From assembly GCA_034723415.1 (NCBI GenBank), contig JAYEOX010000094.1, forward strand, positions 1-13,909: a stretch of DNA of 13,909 nucleotides. Reading direction: 5' to 3'. Source of the DNA: Fidelibacterota bacterium. Its GTDB lineage: Bacteria; Fidelibacterota; Fidelibacteria; Fidelibacterales; Fidelibacteraceae. Both the position numbers and the translations under genes were made by a program. Shown here in pieces: positions 7,046-13,909 of this stretch. Under the pieces are notes generated by a model. It was not told the DNA's origin, did no database searches, and worked only from the letters and a program-made list of their open reading frames with translations. The number at the start of each line of letters is the position of its first letter. Positions within the stretch are counted from its first letter, which is position 1.

Positions 7046-8140
7046 ATGAAAAAATTGAAACAGAGTGGAATAAATATAAATTTGGGTAATAGTTGTTCAA
7101 ACATTGCATATTCCTGGGCGAAAAAAACTTTTATTAATCGATCTGACGGAATTGGTAAACCATTAACAAATCTTGATGGCGCATTTTCAAATATTCTAAA
7201 TTATAACGGTACAAATATTGGAATTTCATCTGACGGAATTGGTACAAAAATTGAGTTAGCAGAGCGAACCGGAATTTACAATACAATTGGATTTGATTTA
7301 ATCGCAATGATCGCTGACGACTTAATTGCAAATGGTATTGAGATGGTAAATTTTACAAATATTCTCGATGTTGACAATTTAGATGAAAATATTATTAATT
7401 CCTTAATGGAAGGGCTGAACAAGGCAGCAAATTTTTCTGATGTGATCATTACCGGTGGTGAAATAGCAGAGCTCGGTGACAGAATAAATGGGTTTGGAAA
7501 TAAAATGCACTTTAACTGGTGTGGCTCAGGAATTGGAATACTACCCAAGGGTCGATCTGCAATTGACGGAACTAAAATAAAATCCGGAGATGTGATCATT
7601 TCATTAAGAAGTCGTGGATTTAGAAGCAACGGATTTTCTTTGATCAGAAAAATAATGAATGATAATTTTGGCAATAATTGGCATGAAAGATCCTACAATG
7701 AAAATGAAACTTGGGGTGAAAAATTACTTACACCATCTTTAATTTATACACCACTTATTAAAAAAATATTGACAAAAAATTTAAACATAAAAGGAATTAC
7801 ACATATTACAGGTGGGGGAATTATTGACAATCTTGCTCGCACATTGAAAGTATCTGACAAAGGAGCGGAGATTGATAATATTTTTACACCATTGAAAGTA
7901 ATGAGAGATATTCAAAAATTAGGAAATGTTTCTGAAAAACAATCATACAAATTATGGAATATGGGAAATGGAATGTTATTGATCGTTGATAAAACAGAAG
8001 TAGATGATATTTTAAAATTAATTAGTTCCGAAAACTATGAAGCAAAGAAATGTGGTGAAATTATAAATAAAAATGTTATTTCACTTCAAACAAATGGTAA
8101 TCATCCAACAAAAATAACAAATAATAACTTGGAGGGGTAA
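7046..8140 (+). CDS. purM: Phosphoribosylformylglycinamidine cyclo-ligase (AIR synthase), divergent subtype
   Basis: SSDGIGTK, AMIADDL, GGEIAE, SRGFRSNGFSL, HITGGG, WNMGNGM. The ATG at 7046 follows AAGGA and is preferred over the TTG at 7016. Confidence 0.85.
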   Translation: MKKLKQSGININLGNSCSNIAYSWAKKTFINRSDGIGKPLTNLDGAFSNILNYNGTNIGISSDGIGTKIELAERTGIYNTIGFDLIAMIADDLIANGIEMVNFTNILDVDNLDENIINSLMEGLNKAANFSDVIITGGEIAELGDRINGFGNKMHFNWCGSGIGILPKGRSAIDGTKIKSGDVIISLRSRGFRSNGFSLIRKIMNDNFGNNWHERSYNENETWGEKLLTPSLIYTPLIKKILTKNLNIKGITHITGGGIIDNLARTLKVSDKGAEIDNIFTPLKVMRDIQKLGNVSEKQSYKLWNMGNGMLLIVDKTEVDDILKLISSENYEAKKCGEIINKNVISLQTNGNHPTKITNNNLEG

Positions 8141-9258
8141 TGCTCAAAACAAAACGATTAGTAGCACTTGATGTCTTTCGTGGCGCAACAATTGCCTTAA
8201 TGATCATGGTCAATAATCCAGGAAGCTGGGGGCACATTTATTCACCATTGGGACATTCCAAATGGTCTGGTTGCACACCGACAGATTTAGTATTCCCGTT
8301 TTTTCTGTTTATTGTTGGCGTTTCAATGTGGTTTGCTTTTAAGAAATTTGATCATCAATTTACAAAACCTGCTGTTATTAAGGTTATTAAACGCGCGTTC
8401 ATTATTTTTGGAATTGGGCTTTTCCTTAATGCTTTGAGACCGGTTGGCAGCTTTTCAGAATTTTTTACACATTGGAGAATCGTCGGAGTATTGCAACGAA
8501 TCGGAATTGCTTATGGAATTGGTTCGCTGATAGTTTTATATTTTGATGAGAAAAAAATTAAATGGATCGCCGGAATTCTTCTAATCGGTTATTGGATATT
8601 GCTTGCTTTTTCAGGAGGATTTTCGTTAGAGGGTAATCTTGTAAGAAAAATTGACATTTTATTACTCGGAACTAATCATATTTATCATGGTTATGGCGTT
8701 CCATTTGATCCAGAAGGATTGCTCAGCACAATACCTGCAATTGTAACAGCAATTTTGGGTTATTTTACAGGTAAAATAATTACAACTTCTTCTGACAACA
8801 AAACCATTGTTAAAAAATTGCTCTTAAAAGGAGTTGGATTTACAATTCTCGGATATTTGTGGGGAATGTTTTTCCCGATCAACAAACCAATTTGGACAAG
8901 TTCCTATGTAATTTATACCGGTGGACTTTCAATGATAATACTTGGAATTGCAATTTTCCTAATTGATGTTAGGGGATATAAAAAACTTACTCAACCATTG
9001 GTTGTATTTGGTATGAATCCATTATTTATTTTTGTTTTATCTTCATTCGTTGCAAAAACATTGGTTTTTTTAATAAAATGGGAAACTGCTGACGGCAGTA
9101 TGATAAATGCAAAAACCTGGTTATACCAAAATATTTATATGCCGCTTGCAAACAATGTGGAGATAAATGCTTCATTCTTATTTGCCATTTCAATAATAAT
9201 AATCTATTGGTTAATTGTTGACATCTTATATAAGAAAAGGATCTTTATTAAAATTTAA
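8140..9258 (+). CDS. NagX-like / heparan-alpha-glucosaminide N-acetyltransferase (HGSNAT) family polytopic membrane protein
   Basis: RLVALDVFRGATIALMIMVNNPG, H..W.GCTPTDLVFPFFLFIVG, GVLQRI, DPEGLLST, PINKPIWTSSY. TAATG overlap with the purM stop. Confidence 0.9.
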   Translation: MLKTKRLVALDVFRGATIALMIMVNNPGSWGHIYSPLGHSKWSGCTPTDLVFPFFLFIVGVSMWFAFKKFDHQFTKPAVIKVIKRAFIIFGIGLFLNALRPVGSFSEFFTHWRIVGVLQRIGIAYGIGSLIVLYFDEKKIKWIAGILLIGYWILLAFSGGFSLEGNLVRKIDILLLGTNHIYHGYGVPFDPEGLLSTIPAIVTAILGYFTGKIITTSSDNKTIVKKLLLKGVGFTILGYLWGMFFPINKPIWTSSYVIYTGGLSMIILGIAIFLIDVRGYKKLTQPLVVFGMNPLFIFVLSSFVAKTLVFLIKWETADGSMINAKTWLYQNIYMPLANNVEINASFLFAISIIIIYWLIVDILYKKRIFIKI

Positions 9259-10397
9259 TGATAGCTAAAAAACGATTACGAACACGTTTATCCATTCTCT
9301 TTTTGCAATTTATTTTTGTATTTATTTACTCATGTAAATTAAGTGATCTTTGGTTTTCCGACATAAAATTTACACAGAAAGAAAAGAGACAAATAGTCGA
9401 ACTTGAAAAGGTAATGAAAAATGCTAATAGCAAATATAACTTTAATGGCAGCGTTTTAGTTGGAATAAAAGACAAAATAATTTTTAATCAATGTTATGGA
9501 TTTGCAAATTTTGATGAAAAAGATACATTAACAACGAGTTCAATTTTTCAACTTGCATCATTAAGTAAGCAATTTACTGCAATGGGAATCATGATACTAA
9601 AAGAGAGTGGTAAATTGAAATATGATGATAAAGTTAAAAAGTTTATTCCGAAATTTCCCTATCCTAATATTACGATCAGACATTTGTTAAATCATACATC
9701 CGGGTTGCCAAATTATCTTTGGCTTGTAGATAGGTTTTGGAATCTGTCAGAACCGCCATATAATGATGACGCTATAAGAATTTTAATTGCTGAAAATCAA
9801 TATCTAAATTTTAATCCAGGTGAAAAATTCCAATATTCAAACACTAACTATGTCGTACTTGCTTCAATAATTGAAAAAATATCCAAAATGAGATTTGGCG
9901 ATTTTTTAGATAAAAACATATTTAAACCGCTTGACATGAAAAATACTTTTGTTTACAGCACGGCTTTAAAAGATAACGAAAACAGAAAAATGGTTCCGGG
10001 TTATAGGCACTATAGCAGAGGATATAGAAAATTACCGAAAACAAAATTTGACGGGATAGTTGGGGATAAAGGAATTTATTCTACGACAGGTGATCTATAT
10101 CGATGGGATCAGGCATTGTATAATGAAAAGATTGTTGATAAAGAAACATTAGTCGATGTATTCAGTAATGGAATGTTAAAGAATGGTAAGAAAGTGAAAT
10201 ATGGTTTTGGCTTTAGAATTAAGAAAGATAAATTTGGGAATCGAATAATTTATCATAATGGTTTATGGGAAGGTTTCCGCAATTCAATAATCAGAAACAC
10301 CCAAGATAAAACAACGATAATCATTTTAGAACATACTAATTGTAGATATAAATATAGATTACTAAGAAAAATTGAAAGAATTGTAAATAAAGATTAA
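9258..10397 (+). CDS. Serine hydrolase of the beta-lactamase/AmpC-like family, probable lipoprotein
   Basis: SxxK (FQLASLSKQF), LLNHTSG, YxN (PGEKFQYSNTNY) and HNG triad. Basic n-region, hydrophobic stretch and lipobox-like IYSC (Cys26). TAATG overlap with the upstream gene. Confidence 0.88.
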   Translation: MIAKKRLRTRLSILFLQFIFVFIYSCKLSDLWFSDIKFTQKEKRQIVELEKVMKNANSKYNFNGSVLVGIKDKIIFNQCYGFANFDEKDTLTTSSIFQLASLSKQFTAMGIMILKESGKLKYDDKVKKFIPKFPYPNITIRHLLNHTSGLPNYLWLVDRFWNLSEPPYNDDAIRILIAENQYLNFNPGEKFQYSNTNYVVLASIIEKISKMRFGDFLDKNIFKPLDMKNTFVYSTALKDNENRKMVPGYRHYSRGYRKLPKTKFDGIVGDKGIYSTTGDLYRWDQALYNEKIVDKETLVDVFSNGMLKNGKKVKYGFGFRIKKDKFGNRIIYHNGLWEGFRNSIIRNTQDKTTIIILEHTNCRYKYRLLRKIERIVNKD

Positions 10398-10510
10398 TAT
10401 TTTTTCGAAACTTTTAAGATCAAAAATTTATTTAACTATTATTTATTAAAAATAAATTTATTATATTAATAAAGTAATGACAGGCAACTAATATAAAGAG
10501 GATTTTAAAC

Positions 10511-11749
10511 ATGAAAAATGCAATAAAAATAATAATATCAATCCTCTGTGCTGCTATTCTATTTGCCAATAATGATCCGATTGTCAAAACCGGAATTGAA
10601 GTGTTACGAGAAAATAATTTTAATATTCTAAAAAATAAAAATGTAGGGTTAATTACGAATCCAACCGGTGTTGATTCAAAATTAAAATCGACAATAGATA
10701 TTTTAAACCAAGCCAAAAATGTAAATTTAATAGCTATGTATGCACCTGAGCATGGAGTGCGTGGCGATTATACTGCCGGTGAGCATGTTAATACTTATAT
10801 TGACAGGGCAACCGGTGTTACCGTCTATTCTCTATATGGAAAACATCGTAAACCATCTCCCGAAATGTTAAAAAATATTGATGTCTTGATCTATGATATT
10901 CAAGATACCGGCTGTCGTTCATATACCTATATTAGTACAATGGGATATGCAATGGCTGCCGCCGCTGAAAATAATATCAAATTCGTTGTACTTGACAGAC
11001 CAAACCCTTTGAATGGAAATAGGGTAGAGGGCAATATTGTTGAAGATGGATACTTTTCAATGGTGAGTGCTTTTCCAATTCCCTATGTTTATGGCTTAAC
11101 TTGTGGAGAACTCGCTAAAATGCTTAATGAAGAAAACATGTTACCAGATAATATCAAATGTGATCTGTCAATTGTACCAATGAAAAATTGGAATAGAAAT
11201 ATGTCGTTTGCAGACACAAAATTACCTTGGGTTCCTTCGTCTCCACATATTCCTCATAAATATTCTCCCTTTTATTATGTCGCTTCGGGAATAATAGGAG
11301 AATTGGGCATATTCAATATTGGTGTTGGTTACACATTGCCTTTCCAAATTTATTCTGCTAAATGGATTAATCCATATAAACTTGCCGAGGAGATGAACAA
11401 ACTTAAATTACCTGGCGTAATATTTCGTCCCATAACTTTTAAGCCATATTATTACCATTTAAAAGGTGAAAAACTCGGCGGTGTTCAAATTCACATTGTT
11501 GATTATTCTAAAGTCAATTTAATGTCTATGCAATTTCACTTTTTAGAAATCGTTCATAAATTATATCCAAATAAAGGACTTTTCTCTGAAGCAAAAAAAC
11601 GACATAAAATGTTTGACAAAGTTTGCGGAACCGATAAAATCCGTAAAAAATTCTCAAAAAATTATAAATTCAAAGATGTAAAACCTTTTTTAGAAAAAGA
11701 TGTTGAAGAATTTAGAGAAAAATCAAAAAAATATTATTTGTATAAATAA
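10511..11749 (+). CDS. namZ: Exo-beta-N-acetylmuramidase NamZ family (DUF1343, GH171), secreted
   Basis: Signal peptide, then TGIEVL, VGLITNPTG, PEHGVRG, YDIQDTGCRSYTY, VLDRPNP, GLTCGELA, WVPSSPHIP. SD GAGGA upstream. Confidence 0.92.
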   Translation: MKNAIKIIISILCAAILFANNDPIVKTGIEVLRENNFNILKNKNVGLITNPTGVDSKLKSTIDILNQAKNVNLIAMYAPEHGVRGDYTAGEHVNTYIDRATGVTVYSLYGKHRKPSPEMLKNIDVLIYDIQDTGCRSYTYISTMGYAMAAAAENNIKFVVLDRPNPLNGNRVEGNIVEDGYFSMVSAFPIPYVYGLTCGELAKMLNEENMLPDNIKCDLSIVPMKNWNRNMSFADTKLPWVPSSPHIPHKYSPFYYVASGIIGELGIFNIGVGYTLPFQIYSAKWINPYKLAEEMNKLKLPGVIFRPITFKPYYYHLKGEKLGGVQIHIVDYSKVNLMSMQFHFLEIVHKLYPNKGLFSEAKKRHKMFDKVCGTDKIRKKFSKNYKFKDVKPFLEKDVEEFREKSKKYYLYK

Positions 11750-11764
11750 AAATGCTAAGAGTAA

Positions 11765-11839
11765 ACCATATAAGACATATAAGAAAATATAAGTATAATA
11801 AAATAGAAGCCTTATATGCCCTTATATTCCTTATATGGT
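11765..11839. repeat. Palindromic element: (ATATAAG)x3 - 17 nt loop - (CTTATAT)x3
   Basis: Left arm ACCATATAAG ACATATAAG AAAATATAAG (11765-11793). Right arm CTTATATGCC CTTATATTC CTTATATGGT (11811-11839). The unit spacing is mirrored. Confidence 0.92.
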
Positions 11840-11870
11840 CCAAAAAATTAAATTAAAAAGGGAGAAAATC

Positions 11871-13909
11871 ATGAAGAAAATTGGATTAATGTTGTTGGGA
11901 ATACTGATAGCGATCAGTTTATTTGGACAGACAGCCAACAAAGAATTTCGTGCTACTTGGTCTATCACTTGGCATCAATTTTGGAGTAGTGGAAGTGTTG
12001 ATCAGCTAAAAGCACGAACAAGAGAAATTTTAGACGATCATAAAGAAGCAAATATGAATGCTGTCTTATGGCATGTTCGTCAAGGTGGAACTGTATATTA
12101 TCCATCATCAATAGAACCGTGGGGTTCATATCTCGGATATTCAGATCCCGGTTACGATCCGTTAGAATATGCAATTAAGGAAGCTCATAAAAGAGGAATG
12201 GAATTGCATGCTTGGTTTAACACTTTTGCAGCATCAAGCACACATAGCGGTACTCCGTCAGCAGAACATCCGGAATGGGTTTGCCGTGATCAAAGCGGAA
12301 ATACAATGACTTCCAGTAGAGCTTTATCGCCGGGTCTTGCTGATGTACGCCAATATACGGTAGATCTCGCAATGGAAATTGTAAATAATTATGATGTCGA
12401 CGGAATTCATTTTGATTATGTTCGCTGGAATGAATATAGCAGTGGAACTACCTCAATCTTATTAGCAAAAAAAGCGGAAGATTTAGGAGTTCGTCAATTA
12501 GATGGAATGTGGACTGAAGAGGAAATTGAAACATTAAAAGCATCTTACAAATCAACAACCGGTTCAAGATATTTATATGATGTAAATCATCCTTATAGTA
12601 GCGGAAAACCAAGCGGATACGATTCTTGGGAAGATTGGTGGCGAGCAAGCACAAATGAATTTATTAGCATGCTTCATGATTCTGTCCAAGATGTAAAACC
12701 ATGGGTAAAAGTTTCTGTCGCTGCCCTTGGCAGATATAAAGCAGGTGGTTGGAATGGATATTATACTGTATATCAAGATGCTGCCAAATGGTTCAATGAA
12801 GGTTGGGTTGATTTGATGACGCCAATGCATTATCACTGGACAGATGCTGATGGATTTTATAATGAATTAAAAGATGATTGGGAGCCATACATTTCACAAG
12901 CAATTAGTGATGGAAGAATATATTCAGTAGGTCCGGGTTCATATAATTTCGGAAGTAATTGGAATAATCATCCATCTGTTGTAGAAAAAGTTAGAACAAT
13001 TAGTTGGATTGACGGTCAACATTTTTTCAGTTACGGTTCTTGGAAAGATCATCAATATTGGCAAGAAGCGGGAGAAACTTTTTACAGAAGTAAAACAAAA
13101 CAGAAACCGGCTACATTTTTACATAATGCTACACCGGATGCTCCGATAATGTCATTCACAAAATTAGACAGTTTCAATTATGAAATTGAAATCACTCCTG
13201 CCGGCTCTGTTACAGATAATCAATGGTTCATTTTATATCGTGATGTGAGCAATTCTGTTGATGTAAATTCTTCTGATATCGTAGGAATATATTTTGGACA
13301 AAGCACATTCAAAGACACAATGACATTTGACGGATATCAAAATTATAATGGTCAATATTATTATTCCGCTACAATGTGTGACAGATATTGGAATGAGTCC
13401 GCATTTTCTGCAGTTAGAAGCACAAGCACAATTCCATCTTATAATCCGAAATTATTATCTCAATTTCCGGCCGATGAAGATACAATAGAAATCAATAGAT
13501 CTATTACTTTAGAATTCTCTAAAAAGATGGATAAAAGTAGTGTAGAATCAAACATTACAATTACTCCAAACTCACCTTCTGTTAGTTTCAACTGGACACA
13601 CGAAAATTGGAAATTCGGGAATAAAGAATTAACAATAAAGTTTGATGAATTCTTACCACGATCAACAGATTATACGGTAACATTAGCAGGAAATATTCAA
13701 GATGGGTGTGGCTTAACTTTCGATGCAAATGGAGATGGAGTTGGTGGGGATTCGTTAGTATTTACATTCAGAACGGAAGATGAAGATGAAACCGCACCTG
13801 TGATAGTAAATGCTTTACCACAAAACAATATCACAAATTTTGATGTAGAAGATGTTATAACTTTAGAATTTGATGAATTACTTGACGAAACAACAATTGA
13901 TACAAATAA
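11871..13909 (+). CDS. Secreted glycoside hydrolase-like 10 (GHL10/DUF187, YddW/DigH-related) protein with FN3-like and Ig-like (Big_5/SbsA-type) domains; 3'-truncated
   Basis: Not in the ORF track because it has no stop. Manual translation is open for 679 codons to the window end. SD GGGAG, signal peptide MKKIGLMLLGILIAISLFG, EFRATW, MNAVLWHVR, YDPLEYAIKEAHKRGMELHAWFN, YDVDGIHFDYVRW, YQDAAKWFNEGWVD. Later ITLEFSKKMD...YTVTL...DANGDG...FTFRT, and a second module beginning DETAPVIV...ITLEFDELLD. Confidence 0.88.
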   Translation, partial: MKKIGLMLLGILIAISLFGQTANKEFRATWSITWHQFWSSGSVDQLKARTREILDDHKEANMNAVLWHVRQGGTVYYPSSIEPWGSYLGYSDPGYDPLEYAIKEAHKRGMELHAWFNTFAASSTHSGTPSAEHPEWVCRDQSGNTMTSSRALSPGLADVRQYTVDLAMEIVNNYDVDGIHFDYVRWNEYSSGTTSILLAKKAEDLGVRQLDGMWTEEEIETLKASYKSTTGSRYLYDVNHPYSSGKPSGYDSWEDWWRASTNEFISMLHDSVQDVKPWVKVSVAALGRYKAGGWNGYYTVYQDAAKWFNEGWVDLMTPMHYHWTDADGFYNELKDDWEPYISQAISDGRIYSVGPGSYNFGSNWNNHPSVVEKVRTISWIDGQHFFSYGSWKDHQYWQEAGETFYRSKTKQKPATFLHNATPDAPIMSFTKLDSFNYEIEITPAGSVTDNQWFILYRDVSNSVDVNSSDIVGIYFGQSTFKDTMTFDGYQNYNGQYYYSATMCDRYWNESAFSAVRSTSTIPSYNPKLLSQFPADEDTIEINRSITLEFSKKMDKSSVESNITITPNSPSVSFNWTHENWKFGNKELTIKFDEFLPRSTDYTVTLAGNIQDGCGLTFDANGDGVGGDSLVFTFRTEDEDETAPVIVNALPQNNITNFDVEDVITLEFDELLDETTIDTN

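Noticed and set aside
9258..10397. Antibiotic-resistance class C beta-lactamase
   Set aside because: It has HNG rather than KTG, a lipobox, and nagX/namZ context, which point to a generic serine hydrolase or amidase.
56..12836. Short shadow ORFs in the track (56-238, 866-1255, 2427-2648, 2431-2766, 3906-4118, 4069-4305, 7134-7331, 7276-7674, 10432-10716, 11965-12174, 12448-12654, 12573-12836)
   Set aside because: All are antisense to well-supported genes and show no recognisable motifs.
5460..13909. Genomic island integrated at the tmRNA 3' end
   Set aside because: No integrase, no second copy of the tmRNA 3' end seen, and the downstream genes are housekeeping/metabolic with similar composition.
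13907..13909. Terminal TAA as the stop of the GHL10 gene
   Set aside because: It is out of frame with ATG 11871 (2039 nt is not a multiple of 3), so the gene continues past the window.

Overview
AT-rich bacterial chromosomal window with no integrase, transposase, CRISPR or phage genes. The gene content is FCB-group-like, yet the promoters are sigma70-type and Shine-Dalgarno sites are clear, so a Marinimicrobia/Calditrichota-like lineage is my guess (inference only). In order: the 3' part of a LolA-like lipoprotein-sorting gene plus a probable outer-membrane beta-barrel (+); a convergent Bacteroides-type serine palmitoyltransferase, MscS and HinT (-); a tmRNA with tag (A)ANNFALAA, followed by an unlisted 57-aa membrane ORF; pyrC and a divergent purM; then a probable peptidoglycan/amino-sugar salvage cluster. 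That cluster holds a NagX/HGSNAT-like membrane protein, a serine-hydrolase lipoprotein, NamZ (GH171) and a large secreted GHL10 protein with Ig-like domains that runs off the window and is missing from the ORF track. The most unusual non-coding signal is a family of short elements with a 9-10 nt period, sometimes palindromic, sitting just after stop codons in four intergenic regions. An exact 17-bp direct repeat also brackets the spt gene.
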